Assembly: GCF_009914755.1 (NCBI RefSeq)
Contig: NC_060933.1
Strand: one strand, 5' to 3'
Origin: the human T2T-CHM13v2.0 reference genome, Homo sapiens
Length of the DNA: 64,000 bases
Shown: positions 24,056 to 46,870 of the stretch, in pieces
Layout of the letters: the number at the start of each line of letters is the position of its first letter
Numbering within the stretch: the first letter of the stretch is position 1
The notes under the pieces: generated by a model
Told to the model about the DNA's origin: nothing
The model's input: the letters and a program-made list of their open reading frames with translations, nothing else
Databases searched by the model: none
Position numbers and translations under genes: made by a program

Positions 24056-25123
24056 TTTTGTTTTTTTTTCTCTCAGCCTTTCACATTGGTTCAAAATATC
24101 TTTCATCTGGCTGCATTTCTGATTTTTGTTTTGTTTTTTTTTTCTTAATTTTATTTATTTTTAATTAAAAATAATTTTTTTTGTCAACATGGGGTCTCAC
24201 TTTGTTGCCTAGGTTGGTCTGAAACTCGTGGCTTCAAGCAATCCTCCCACATCAGCCTCCCAAAGTGCTGGGGTTATGGGTGTGAGCCACTGCAGCAGCC
24301 TGTTTTTTTTGTTTGTTTGTTTTTTTTAATTTGACAAGTTTTCAGGTCCTGTGAAATCAGCAGTCTTACCTCCCACCTTGCGCACCCTGAGGAGGTTGCA
24401 GAATAAAGGAGAATTCTAGGGACACGTGGGCATCAGTGCCTGTGCTCAGAGCACCTCAGGCAGTGTGGAGGGGTCTAGAGGTTACTCAGGCTCTGCCTGG
24501 CAACCCGATAGCAGTATCAGAGTATAGGGCCAAGGGGACGGTCCTTGGGCTTGGTGTGGTTTATTAGTCCTTTTCCTGTGACCCTGATGGTTTGGTTCAC
24601 TCATTTTTATCTCCATACTGGGAACAGGTTCAAGCCCCAGCATTTGGTTGATAATGCAGGAATCCTTGATACTTTTATTGCCCAAGCTTCCCTTCCTGGT
24701 GACCTCATCCTAGCCTCAGTCTTTGGAAAAGCCCTCCTTGAGTGCTCAGGCAGACTCAGGTGCCCTTTCTTCTGGGCTCCCATGCACTCTGTTCTTACCT
24801 CCATCAGGGTGCCACATGCACTAGTGTTATCTGCTGCCGTGGCCAATCATCCATGAGGCCATGAGGAAGTGGAATGTACATCTGGTATAAGAAGACATGG
24901 CAGAAGCCAGCCTCCGATCTGTCCACACGAATACAGCATTCCCAAAGCAACGTGCATGTGCCATTATTCACTGGATGAGCTTGAGGTGGATGAACTAGCC
25001 CACCAGGCTCTCAATGTCATGAATTTAACACTGAATTAAGAAAAATATGTTTTAAAAATAATAGTTTAGGTGATTGCTGGGGTGCTAGGAGAGGAAGGAA
25101 TGGGGAATAACTGTTTAATGGGT

Positions 25124-25422
25124 ATAGTTGGCCTTGTGTATCTGTGGGTTCCACATCTGATTCAACCAACCGTGGATCAAAATATTTGAAAATAAAAAAC
25201 AAAACAAAAATGATACAAATAAAAACCAATATAACAACTATTAACAGCATTTACATTGTACTAGGCATTATAAGTAATCTGGAGATGACTTAAAGCATAC
25301 AGAAGGATGTGCCTAGGTTAGATGCATGTATCGTACCATTTCATATCAGGGACTTGAGTACCCACGGATTTTGGTATCTGCAGATCCTGGAACCCCTTCC
25401 CTATGGATACCAAGGAACAACA
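25124..25422. mobile_element. MER2-like TcMar-Tigger relic inserted in an L1M fragment
   Basis: tatctgtgggttccacatctgattcaaccaaccgtggatcaaaatatt ... cctatggataccaagg terminal motifs. Confidence 0.7.
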
Positions 25423-25898
25423 GCACTGGGTCTCCTTTTGGGGTGATGCAGATGTTTTGAAGCTAGGCAGAGGTAGTGGTTGCACAACATTGTAAATGTA
25501 CTAAATGCCACCAAATTATTCATTTTTAAATGGTTAATGTGTTATGTGAATTTCACCTTAACAACTAATAATATTATAGGTAAGGCACAAGTTACATCTG
25601 TAGCACAAAAATGGCCCTAATTTTTAAAACACTGCTCCAGCATAGCAGGTATCACATGTGAGGTAGCAAAAGCTGGAGATCAAAGTGTGATACCTGGAGA
25701 CTTATCAGTAAGGGTCAAATGTTTTTTCAGGTTTTGAGAATCATTCTTGGAATTGTTCCAGAAGATATATCGTATAACTCTTCTTAGATGCTAAGATAAG
25801 AAGGCAGATATACACTAGCTCATTTTGTGTTATTTTCTAGAGCTTTACTCCAGTCAATTTCTTGGGGGCAGCATTTGTGGAATCAGTGGTTCATCTGA

Positions 25899-26093
<195 letters not shown>

Positions 26094-27210
26094 TGCCCAG
26101 CCCCGTTTTAAGGACATTAAAAGCTATCAGGCCAAGACCCCAGCTTCATTATGCAGCTGAGGTCTGTTTTTTGTTGTTGTTGTTGTTTATTTTTTTTATT
26201 CCTGCTTTTGAGGACAGTTGGGCTATGTGTCACAGCTCTGTAGAAAGAATGTGTTGCCTCCTACCTTGCCCCCAAGTTCTGATTTTTAATTTCTATGGAA
26301 GATTTTTTGGATTGTCGGATTTCCTCCCTCACATGATACCCCTTATCTTTTATAATGTCTTATGCCTATACCTGAATATAACAACCTTTAAAAAAGCAAA
26401 ATAATAAGAAGGAAAAATTCCAGGAGGGAAAATGAATTGTCTTCACTCTTCATTCTTTGAAGGATTTACTGCAAGAAGTACATGAAGAGCAGCTGGTCAA
26501 CCTGCTCACTGTTCTATCTCCAAATGAGACACATTAAAGGGTAGCCTACAAATGTTTTCAGGCTTCTTTCAAAGTGTAAGCACTTCTGAGCTCTTTAGCA
26601 TTGAAGTGTCGAAAGCAACTCACACGGGAAGATCATTTCTTATTTGTGCTCTGTGACTGCCAAGGTGTGGCCTGCACTGGGTTGTCCAGGGAGACCTAGT
26701 GCTGTTTCTCCCACATATTCACATACGTGTCTGTGTGTATATATATTTTTTCAATTTAAAGGTTAGTATGGAATCAGCTGCTACAAGAATGCAAAAAATC
26801 TTCCAAAGACAAGAAAAGAGGAAAAAAAGCCGTTTTCATGAGCTGAGTGATGTAGCGTAACAAACAAAATCATGGAGCTGAGGAGGTGCCGTGTAAACAT
26901 GAAGGGGCAGATAAAGGAAGGAGATACTCATGTTGATAAAGAGAGCCCTGGTCCTAGACATAGTTCAGCCACAAAGTAGTTGTCCCTTTGTGGACAAGTT
27001 TCCCAAATTCCCTGGACCTCTGCTTCCCCATCTGTTAAATGAGAGAATAGAGTATGGTTGATTCCCAGCATTCAGTGGTCCTGTCAAGCAACCTAACAGG
27101 CTAGTTCTAATTCCCTATTGGGTAGATGAGGGGATGACAAAGAACAGTTTTTAAGCTATATAGGAAACATTGTTATTGGTGTTGCCCTATCGTGATTTCA
27201 GTTGAATTCA

Positions 27211-31303
<4,093 letters not shown>

Positions 31304-32344
31304 CTAAATTATATAGAAAAATAAGACAATATCATTTCCCAATTACATTCCTTTCCTACCGCACTCTATGATGCTAGCTGAGATTTTTCCAAAAGAAAAT
31401 GGCTTAAATAAAACCCTAAGAGAAAGAAAAACTTTAAATCCCTCCAAAGCTCAAAAGTAATAGAAACAGATGAGTTTGGAGTCAGGATTTCTCTGTAAGA
31501 TTGCCTAGGCTGTGTACTGCACATCTCCAGGTGCCACTGTTCACAGAGATTATAACTACAATGTGAAGTGAATGGTGCCACTGACAGTTATGCAAACCGT
31601 CCAGAGCATAGCCACCTGATCCTGCTGGGATTCCTCTTGCCAGTCCATCAGCAGTTCCCCTTGAAAGTTTCACCAAACATCCCTTAAATCTGCCCTCTCC
31701 TGCCCGTCCCCAGTGGAGGTCCTCATCATTTTTCACCTGCATTTTTGCAGGAGCTTTCTTATATCCACCTTCCTCCTTTTCTCTCAGCCCATCATCTAGC
31801 TACACAGTCTCCAGGGTAAGCTTTCAGAAAGGCAATCTCTTGTCTGTAAAACCTAAGCAGGACCAAGGCCAAGTTTCTTAGCCTGAAAAATGTGCTTTTC
31901 TGACTGAACTGTTCAGGCACTGACTCTACATATAATTATGCTTTTCTACCCCCTCACACTCAACACTTTGACTCCAGCAATCCCAAATCCCCAGATCCCT
32001 AAGTGTGCTGTGCTATTTTCACGTGGCTCTCAGACTTGGCCAGTGCTGTTTCCATTTTGGTCTTTATTCCCCACATCTCTGCCTGGGGGGTAGATTCTAC
32101 CCTGAAAAATGTTCTTGGCACAGCCTTGCAAACTCCTCCTCCACTCAGCCTCTGCCTGGATGCCCTTGATTGTTCCATGTCCTCAGCATACCATGTTTGT
32201 CTTTCCCAGCACTGACCTACCATGTGTCACCCCTGCTTGGCTGTACCTTCCATGAGGCTAGGACTATGTGTCTCCTTTGTTGACTGCTGTTGCCCTAGCA
32301 TCTTGCACAGTTCCTTGCACACAATTAGAGCTCTATAAATGTCA

Positions 32345-32390
32345 AATAAATGTGTTATAATTATATGTTTAAGATAGTTGTTCAAATAAA
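32345..32390 (+). terminator. FXN: Distal poly(A) signals (two AATAAA)
   Basis: AATAAA at 32345-32350 and 32385-32390 at the end of an L2-like relic. Confidence 0.65.
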
Positions 32391-32854
32391 CTCTAAATAA
32401 CCCCAACTCCAAGAGTGTTAGCAAGAAATATAAATTTTACAGAAGAATGGTTGGAGGTGGGGAGGGTGTCCACGGAGTGAGTTACCTCACACAGGCACGG
32501 AAAAACTTGAACCTCCTAAGGACATTTTTAAGCTCTCTTTCCCATTTTCTCTCCTGGATTCCCATTGCCTGGTCTCATTTCTCTCTTCTCCACCACACCA
32601 CTTCCTCAAAAATTCCTTTAGGGTTTGTTCTTAAGCTTAGATAGGTTTCCCATTCTGAAATACAAAGGCCTGATAATTAGCCAACTTACCTTGTTGGGGA
32701 TGTGGAAGGCAAGACTCTCAGACTCCATGACTCAGGTATATTGCAACAATTAGGCTGAAAGTTCCTTGAGAGTAAGTGTCCAAATCTTTTCATGTTTGGT
32801 TCCCAGGGCTCACTACAGTTGTTGGTATATCATAGGCACTCTAATATCTTCTTA

Positions 32855-35420
<2,566 letters not shown>

Positions 35421-35591
35421 CAAAAAGAAATAACTCCTGAGTTGGGGTCTCCATCTCTTAGTTCAGCCTATTGGCAGTCCCCTTTTTCAAGTTCTAAGGA
35501 GCCTGTACTAGACTACTCTTCATTTAGTCCCATAATAATCCCTCTTTCAATTATTTTGCCTTCAAACCTATAGGGAAGGGATTGGAAATGA

Positions 35592-35837
<246 letters not shown>

Positions 35838-36226
35838 TGAAAGAGTTGGAAGACAGAGTTGAAATTGTTCAGAAATTACAGTAAAAATACTAAGAGATAG
35901 GAAATAGTCAACTTCCAAATGAGAAGAATCACGAAAGAGAGAACAGAAAAGATAGAAAAAAAATTATCAAAGAAATAATTCAAGAACATTTCCTTAAAGT
36001 GAAGGGCATGAGATTCCAGGTATATTCCACATATAGAAAAATATCCCATACAAAATCACATTGTTATGAATTTTCATAACATGAGGGACAAAAAAAGATA
36101 ATATAAGTAACCAGAGAGGGAAAAAATAAATAAACAAAACAAGACAAATAGGTCATATACAAAGTAATATTCATCACAATAGCTTCATAGTTCTCAATAA
36201 TAACAAAAAGCCTTTAAAATTCTGGT

Positions 36227-36768
36227 TGAAGCAGTTCAGACAATGCCATCACCCAAAAATATGCCATTTTGGCATACTGATTATTATTAGCTGAAAGCAC
36301 TTGAGAAACAGCAGACTGTACAGGAAGGGCTTTCCAACCTCCTCTTTTCTACCTAAAAACAGGCTAGAAAATTTCCCATGATAAAGGTGCCCTCCCTCTA
36401 CTAGAAAGAGAAAAACATCCTTATCACCAGAGATAGGGAATCAATGCCAAAATGGATCTGAACAAACTTATTGGAATAACCCTTGTCTTCCACTACTTAT
36501 CCCCAATATAGCTCTTAGTAATTTCCCCAAGCCCCTTTGTCTTGTCATTTCTTCACAAATTTATCATTTCTTTGTCTAAAACATATATAAACTTGTCTGC
36601 TATGGTGACTTCTTCGGGTCTACATTTGCTTGTGAGGACTCCCAGGTACATGTAAAATTGTAATAAGACTTGCGTGCTTTTCTACTGTTAATCTTTCCTG
36701 TGTCAGTTTAATTCTTAGGCCTAGCTGGAAACTTAAGAGGGTAGAACAGAAATTTTTCCTTTCCTACA
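36227..36768 (+). mobile_element. ERV1 solo LTR (MER34-like)
   Basis: TG...CA ends; cccaaaaatatgccattttggcata start motif. Confidence 0.65.
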
Positions 36769-37059
36769 TGGTGAAGGGACATTCTGTAATAAAACTAGCC
36801 TCAACATTAAAAAAATGTGATGTAATAAAAAACAAAGGAAAAAGAAAACAAAACAGAAAAGCAATTAATAACACTAGGAAACACGAGGCATTGTACAGGA
36901 TAGGAAACGTCCTGTTATGTTACACAATGCAACAGTGGGTATTGTTTTCATCATTATTATAATGAAAATGCTAAATAGTGATTTGACCAACAATCCAGTT
37001 TAAAACATTTGGAGGAATGTGAATGTTTATGGCCAGAAAATGGGGAGAAAAATGGTTAA

Positions 37060-37470
<411 letters not shown>

Positions 37471-37530
37471 TAATCAGCTAGAAAAATTGAAAATGGTTGC
37501 CCATGAGGAGGGGAGAACTGTTATTATTTA

Positions 37531-37968
37531 TGTCAAATAAAATTTGTAGGAAGCCATTGATTTGGACTGTGCTCCTGCACTAGGCCCCAATAGACCAAAC
37601 CACATGGAGTCACTCTTGCTAAAGTTCCACGTCACCAAACCAAAGCTAAGTAGTTTATCTTACCTTCTGGGAAATTAGGGGAGAGAAATAATAGACAAAT
37701 CCCCAAACAGGCCAGTTTTAGCTGGCATATAAGGAAGTCCTCTCTGTTTTAACCGTATTAGGAGAGTAACTTTGAAAAGACCGTCCACTTTTTGGTCCCT
37801 GTTTCTGTTTTCTTCTGCCTTTTCTGCCTATAAAGCTAACTTCCTCTGCCCAGCTCACTGGAGTACCTTCTCTGAATTTTTAGAAGACAGGCTGCCCTGA
37901 TCCATGAATTGCAAATGAAAGCCAATTAGATCATTTAACTAAATTCATTGTAATTTTGTCTTTTGACA
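37531..37968 (+). mobile_element. ERV1 solo LTR (MER31/MER67 group)
   Basis: TGTCAAATAAAA...TTTTGACA; motif gccattgatttggactgtgctcctgcactaggccc. Confidence 0.65.
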
Positions 37969-37997
37969 TTTGTAAACAAGCCTTGTAGTACTTGCTA

Positions 37998-38433
<436 letters not shown>

Positions 38434-38483
38434 TTATGCATTAAGTTTCAGTTACACATTTTCACCCATCATTACAGATGTCA

Positions 38484-38705
<222 letters not shown>

Positions 38706-39059
38706 TCAGGAGGCTGAGGCAGGAGAATCACTTGAGCCCGTGAGGTGGAGGTTGAAGTGAGCCAAGATCATGCCACTGCACTCCAGCCTGGGTAACAAAG
38801 CAAGATTCTGTCTCAAAAAAAAAAAAAAAAAAAAAGTGAACATCTGGGTCCCCCAGATCTCTTCAGAGATATGTAATGTTCTCCTTTTTCCAACTACATA
38901 ACTCTTTAAGCTGGGTTTTCTTCATATACTCCAATGAAAACAACATATTGCAACAGATGGAATGAAGAGGCAAGTAGAAGAATCCAGCTGTTTTCTATTA
39001 AGCCAAACATTACAATTGTCAGCTGAAGAATTCTGAGATTCATAAATTTGGAAAGAAAA

Positions 39060-39715
39060 GCTTCATTTCTCATAAAAGATTGCAGCCTGCAGGGTGGCCA
39101 TTCTGACAGGCTAAGAAATGTAGTCTCTGGCCAGAAGCCAAAAACAGACACTGAGGGTCAGAAGAATAAGATGGGCATTTATGCTGAATAGGATGGCCAA
39201 ATATACATATTCAATAAACTACAGTCATGAATATTCATGAAAGGAGAAACATGCACATGCTCAATTGAGCTTCATGCCTCTCCATGGGACGCGTGTGCAA
39301 AAAATGGCAGCATTAGCATGATCAGAGGGTGGAGTTTTCTGTCCTCTGATATCAAAAGGTGAAACAGAGGACACAGAAACCCTCACTGCACATCCTCTGT
39401 AAACTGGCCAGAACCACTCCATTGTGGGCAGTCTGTTATCAGGAAGGAATGCTGGTTAGTTGTGCAGAAACTGCAAAAGGAAGGGGCAGTGTCAGACCAT
39501 TGGTTGATATCAGCGGTGCAGCTCGTCTTTCCAAAGGGCTGGTTTCTGTTTAACCTGTAGGAAGGAAATCCTAATGGCGTTTAGCAATGGAGAGGGTATA
39601 ACAACACATCATGGCAAGAACTCAGTTTTCAAGGTTTCTCTGGGGTCCCCTTGGCCAAGAGGTGGTGCATCCGTTTAGTCAGCTGGGGGACTTAGGATTT
39701 CATTTTTATTTCTCA
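39060..39715 (-). mobile_element. ERV1 LTR (MER39/LTR48-49 group)
   Basis: Terminus ...gggtccccttggccaag...ttaggatttcatttttatttctca; related to the element at about 9510-10607. Confidence 0.6.
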
Positions 39716-39744
39716 GAGTTTTATAAAACTCTAAAATAATTATT

Positions 39745-40068
39745 TGACAGCCAGGTGGGAGGGGGTCCCTGGAGAAACTCCAACCAGCCTGCCTACTAGG
39801 GTGGAGCCTTGGGAGTTTGCAGCAGGGAGGAGCCTGGCGCCTCCTCTTCCTATGTGAACCTGGGATTCTAGCAGCCTGGTGGGAAGCACTGTAGCAGGAG
39901 ACTCTGGCCTTGCAGAGGATCCCTGTTCCCCTCATCCCTTTATTTCCCCTTTTCACTTAATAAAACCCTGCTTTACTCACCCTTTAAACCATCTGCAAGC
40001 CTAAATTTTTGTGGCTGTGGGATAGACAAGAACCTTCTCTTTAGCTGAACTAAGGAAAAGTCCTGCAA
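39745..40068 (+). mobile_element. MER61-like LTR
   Basis: acagccaggtgggagggggtccctggagaaactccaacc... to ...gctgaactaaggaaaagtcctgcaa. Confidence 0.65.
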
Positions 40069-40141
40069 TGATCCCATTCTTCACACCAAATATGTTTTGT
40101 TTCAAAAGTATAGTTATTTATCATAAATATGTCATTAATAT

Positions 40142-40535
40142 TGTTAAATCAAATTTAGCCTAAAGCTGCCTCCTTATATAGTTTAAGCTTGACCTAAAGG
40201 TTTCTCTGTACTTAGTGAATTGTAGCCTACCCAGATGTGTAAACAAGACTGTGAACTACTCTTGTGACAAACATTGGATTTTGGCCAATCAAAGGAGGTC
40301 AACTCTTGACACTGCTTTCAAATAAGGCAAATATTGAGCTGTAAACAATCTGGCTGTTTCTATACCTCACTTCTGTTTTCTGTACGCCACTTTTCTGTCT
40401 CTGTCCATAAATGTTCTTCCACCACGTGGCTGTGCTGGAGTCTCTGAACCTACTCTGGCTGAGGAGGCTGCCCAATTCTCAAACTGTTCAATTAAACTCG
40501 GTTAAATTTAATTTGTCTAAGGTTTTCTTTTAACC
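40142..40535 (+). mobile_element. MER57-like solo LTR
   Basis: tgttaaatcaaatttagcctaaagctgcctcc start, CCAAT box, ...ttttcttttaac end. Confidence 0.75.
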
Positions 40536-41152
40536 ATATAAACAAGTGAGTTTATGATTGTTATGTCTTTTTTCTTTTCTTTTTTGAGACAAGGTCCCAC
40601 TCTGTCCCCCAGGCTGGAATACAGTGGCATGATCACGGCTCACTGTAGTCTCGCACTCCCAGGCTCAAGCGATCCTCCATCTCAGCCTCCTGAGTAGTTG
40701 GGAGTACAAGTGCATGCAACCATGCCTGGCTAATTTTTTTTTTTTTTGTATTTTTTGTAGAGATAGGGTTTTGCTACATTGCCCAGGTTGATCTCGAACT
40801 CCTGAGCTCAAGTGATCCTCTTGCCTCAGCCTTCCAAAGTGCTGGGACCACAGGCATGAGTCACCACACCCAGCTATTATTTCTAAATTAATGAACAGAT
40901 GAACATTTTCAAAATTTCTCAGTTTTAATTTTAAATATGATTAAAAGGATAGATATAACACACAAACAAAAGCTCTATGGAGTCCTCTATAACTCAAGAA
41001 TATAAAGGGTCCTGAGATTTTTCTTTAAAGAGAACCACTGCACTCTCCTGGCCTACTAGCTCTCCGCAATCCATCCTGCTTCTCCCCTTGGCAGGAGAGA
41101 CCTGTTCTAGACCCTCAAGGACCCCTCATAACATCACCTAGCTATTATCTAA

Positions 41153-41446
<294 letters not shown>

Positions 41447-41569
41447 TAGTAGAGACGGGGTTTCACAATGTTAGCCAGGATGGTCTCTATCTCCTGACCT
41501 CGTGATCCGGCCGCCTCGGCCTTCCAAAGTGCTGGGATTACAGGCATGAGCCACCGCACCCGGCGACTA

Positions 41570-41881
<312 letters not shown>

Positions 41882-42058
41882 GGCGACTAATTTTTATATT
41901 TTTAGTAGAGACGGGGTTTCGCCATGTTGGCTGGGCTGGTCTTGAACTCCTGACCTCAGGTGATCCGCCCGCCTTGGCCTCCCAAAGTGTTGGGATTACA
42001 GGCATGAGCCAACGCACCCGGCCTGAGTCCTGCTTCTTCCAGATCTGGTGCCCAGTCC

Positions 42059-42592
42059 TGACGCCAGAAAGGGGGTCTTGTTCCAGACCCCAAGAGTGTT
42101 CTTGGATCTTGCCTGGGAAAGAATTCAGGGTAAGTCGCAGAGTATAATGAAGTTAAGATAGTTAATTAGAGGCTACTCAATTACAGAGTAGGGCATCCTC
42201 AGAAAACAAGAGGAGGAAGGCGCTACCTTAAATGTAGTGCTTGCTTATGTAGGTTGTATAAGAATTGTGTACTTTATTACAAAGGCTTGTGATCAGCTTG
42301 TGACAGGCTATTGGTACTGTTATTTTCCTGTTACTATTGATTTCAGCAAGAATTTATGAGTACACTATTATATTTAAGGCAAAACCTATTCCTTAAGAAT
42401 GCTTTTTGTTCTTAAAATACTGGGACATTTCCATAAGTTCTGAGTCTTTAGTTAGCAACATTAACTCATTCCCTCAATCATAAACATCTCATGACCAAGA
42501 GTGCCCAGTTCCTGGGGAATGTAACCCAGCAGGTTTGGCTTTATTCGGCCTTTATTCAAGATGGAGTCACTCTGGTTAGGACACCTCTGACA
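42059..42592 (-). mobile_element. MER41-family solo LTR (MER41C/D-like)
   Basis: TG...CA ends, MER41-type termini, 4-bp TSD GTCC at 42055 and 42593. Confidence 0.75.
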
Positions 42593-42652
42593 GTCCCTGG
42601 AAATCCAAAGGAACCCTTCTGTGTGGCACAGGGAATGGAAGAAAGAAAGAGA

Positions 42653-43004
42653 TGAGGCAGGAAAATAGGGTCTGGAGGCAGAAAACATAAGCCGATTCAC
42701 ACTTCAGCTATGACAGGAAATATCCTCTCCATAGGGCGTATGCCTGTAACTTTACTTCATCCTTTTCATTTACATAGGACGTATCCTAAGTAACCAATGG
42801 AATCGTCTAGAGGGTATTTAAACTCCCAAAAATTCTGTAACAGGGCCTTTGAGCCCCTATGCTCGGGCCCGCTCCCACACTGTGGAGTGTACTTTCATTT
42901 TCAATAAATCCCTTCATTCCTTCCTTGCTTTCTTTGTGCTTTGTGCATTTTATCTAATTCTTTGTTCAAGACGCCAGGAACCTGGACGCCCTCCCCTGGT
43001 AATA
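42653..43004 (+). mobile_element. MER51B-like solo LTR
   Basis: Starts tgaggcaggaaaatagggtctggaggcag; CCAAT, TATTTAAA and AATAAA present; TSD GAGA at 42649 and 43005. Confidence 0.8.
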
Positions 43005-44959
43005 GAGAGATGAGCCTTTCAAATGACCTGACTCCTTTATCCCAGCCAGGTGTGTGCCCGACCCTGAAAGGAGGAATAGGGAGGGGGACGTTCAACCCGG
43101 CCTCCCGCTCTGTGTTAGCAGCGTCTGGATGGGTCAGGGTGGAGGTGGGGGTGTTCTACCCTGCTATTTGCTCCTAGAGAAGCTTCTCTGCTTCACTAGT
43201 CTCACAGTTCTAAAGGCAAGAACAGCCCTAGTGGGATCTTTCAAGGATTTTAGAAAAGAATGAATAAGGGAAAAATTAAAATATTGCAGGGTGCCATAAA
43301 AACATCCCAGTAAAACAAACACCTTTCTAGATGCTCATTGGAACGTAAATGGAGCTCAGCCCCCATCCCTTCACACCAGATCCAGTCTTCATCTTTGTGG
43401 TTCACTGCCCCCTCACCACTCAGGAGGAAAACCCCAGCTTCTGTTCTGGCTCCCCTTCTCTCACTTAGAATTTTTCACCAGAGTTTCAGAAAGATTTGTC
43501 AGGACCACTCCATGCCCAAGGTAAAAAGTGTAAGTGGTACAAAAAGGTAGAAACTCATCAGACTCCCAAAGAGTGTCATTTAACCATACAAAGCCCTGAT
43601 AAACTCCAGGGCAGAAGAAAAAGCTGCATCCTTGACTCCACTGGGGCATTCTTATGTAAACTAAGATCCAAGAACTGCATCAGGAGAGAAATCAAGAGCC
43701 CTGGGGATGTTAGGATGAGCCCTAGAGGTGCTAAGACAGGTTATTTGAAAAACCAAAAAGTAGACTGAGATTCCCTTCCTTTTCAGGGAAGAATTGAGAC
43801 CTTTCCTTTCTTACTGTTCAGAGTGGGGGCTGATAAGGGTAATTATTTCCTGGAGCCACTGGCTACTGCCCTGGGAAGGAAATCCACTGGGTTGGGGGAG
43901 GGAGGAAGGCAGAACCAGGCATTAACTCTCCCTCCACTACATCCCTTTCCCGTACCCCTCCCCTCCTCTCCTTCCCCCCACTCCCTGCCCCCGCCCTCCG
44001 AAAATGACACTTGGCCTGAGAAAGGAGGAAGGTAGAATAGGTGGACACTTCCCTTGTCCTGCTCCAGGGGTGTCTCAGTGACAAGGAGATGTGAAAAAAG
44101 AAGGAATCCCAAGGCTCCCCTTGGAAAGAAGGGAGATCTCCAGGGGCTTTGGGAAGTCAGGTTAGTACTGGGAAGGCTGAAGACTCCCAGTAGATAGCGT
44201 TCAGGGCTGCATTTGGCTGCAATCCTATAAAATACATTCTTCTCTAAGGTTGGATACAAGCATTTAGAAGACTGGCCATTAAAAAAATAAACAGTATTAA
44301 TAATATTAATAATCATGAGTGTCAGTAGTGTTGAATTTTTTCTGGAATCCTTTCCCAAGTTGCCTAATGCCCAGAGAAGGAAAATAACAGTGTTTAGTAG
44401 ACATAAATTATAGGATTAGTGCAAGTAGCTATTGAGATGATGAGCCAAGGCTTGTAAATTGGTTTTGTTTTGGTTTTCCTAATTAGATGTTTGCGCCTAT
44501 CTGTGTATGTGTGTGTGTGTTTGTGCGTGTGCATGCTCGCATGTGGTTAATTTCATGACTTTTGCCTCTGGCTCTTCCTGATTAAAAAAAATACTTAAAA
44601 TGGTAGGAAGTGGCACACACCCTTGATGGACCTGTGTTTATATTAAAGAATTGGCTTAGTAAATTTAACTGGGACAAGGAAACTGTGAAGGACTGTATTT
44701 TTGCCATTATTTAATAATTCATATATTCAACCGTTACTGATTGCCTATTTTGAACCAGGCCACGTGCTAGGATACAATGGTTAACAAACACATTCCCTCC
44801 CCTCAAGGAATTCATGGTCTAGTGAAATACAGAGATAGAAAAGAAATAGAAAAGTATATCAATAAAATGCATTGTGGAAAGAGTTATGGTCATAGTGTGT
44901 ACTATATGCTTATAGAGGCTGCCTTTGTATAAACATACATAAGACTGCTTTTTAAATTA

Positions 44960-45118
<159 letters not shown>

Positions 45119-45158
45119 TTAGCCAGGTGTGGTGGTGGGCGCCTCATCCCAGCTATCA

Positions 45159-45260
<102 letters not shown>

Positions 45261-45471
45261 TCAAAAAAAAAAAAAAAAAAAAAAAAGGCAGTACATAGTA
45301 CAAACTGCTTGGGTTTTGTTGTTGTTGTTTTACTGTACCATATAGGTTGGAGATCATTCCACCTAGTAGCTGAACATTTTAAGCAGATCATCTGGCTACA
45401 GGCAGTGAGTAGGATGAACTGGGAGAGTGATGAGTGAGTTAGAGAGTTAGGGAGGGAGGGTGCTGTCGGAG

Positions 45472-46024
45472 TGTTACCGGAAAGGGGTCCCGATCCACAC
45501 CCTAAGAGAGGGTTCTTGGATCTCGCACAAGAAAGAATTCAGGGCGAGTCCATACAGTAAAGTGAAAGCAAGTTTATTAAGAAAGTAGAGAAATAAAAGA
45601 ATGGCTACTCCATAGACAGAGCAGCCCCGAGGGCTGCTGTTGCCCATTTTTATGGTTATTCCTTGATGATATGCTAAACAAGGGGTGGATTATTCATGCC
45701 TCCCTTTTTAGACCATATAGGGTAACTTCCTGACGTTGCCATGGCATTTGTAAACTGTCATGGCGCTGGTGGGGGCGTAGTAGTGAGGATGACCAGAGGT
45801 CACTCTCGTGGCCATCTTAGTGTTGGTAGGTTTTGGCCGGCTCCAACACCGGCTTGTTGTTTTATCAGCAAGGTCTTTATGACCCATATTCTATGCCCAC
45901 CTCCTGTCTCATCCTGTGACTTAGAATGCCTTAACTGTCTGGGAATGCAGCCCAGTAGGTTTCAGCCTTATTTTACCCAGCTCCTATTTAAGATAAAGTT
46001 GCTCTGGTTCACACGCCTCTGACA
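45472..46024 (-). mobile_element. MER41A solo LTR (ERV1)
   Basis: Full TG...CA LTR matching the recalled MER41 consensus; lacks the tandem TTCCGGGAA block of MER41B. Confidence 0.85.
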
Positions 46025-46738
46025 AGAACATCTTCATGCCTGTGCCTGGTTGAGAGAGGGAGGCCTCTGCGCTGCTGCTGGATCTAGTGAAGATTCACTC
46101 AGTCTCTCAAATTCCTCTACAGTTTCTCTAATGGAAGAGAAAAGTGGTGTTATTGCTGCTAGGGAGCAACCTAGAAGTTATTTTATTTATGCCATAGATA
46201 TGGTGGGCTAAGCACTGTGCCAACGTTCAATAAGTCACTGCAGATTCTCCATAAATTATTGTGACAAGTACAATTGTTTGTAAGGCTTAGATCTAGGTGT
46301 GTAAGTCCAAAGAAGAGTGTGAAGCATCTGTATTTCTGTTATGTAGTTATTAGGAAAAAGGATGTTGGGGCCTTAAAATGGCCATTTTTAACATTTCCAA
46401 ACTTGTGTTGAATTCTAAGATTTTATAATTGTATGTTTCCAGTTGAGAAGAGCTTTGATATTGGTAGCTCTAAATAAATAAATACCGTTGACCTGGAAGA
46501 GAAGGTAAAGTTTAGGGAGAGGCCTTTTTTTAGCTTTATATTTAAACATTTTTTATAAATGTGATTCATGGGCCAGGCCTGGTGGCTCACACCTGTAATC
46601 CCAGCACTTTTGGAGGCCAATGCAGGTGGATCACTTGAGGCTAGGAGTTCGAGAGCAGCCTGGCCAACATGGTAAAACCCCATCTCTACTAAAAATTAGC
46701 CAGGTGTGGTAGCACACACCTGTAATCCCAGCTACTCA

Positions 46739-46870
<132 letters not shown>

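Noticed and set aside
45472-46024. MER41 as an interferon-gamma/STAT1 enhancer
   Set aside because: This copy is the MER41A form and lacks the tandem GAS motifs.
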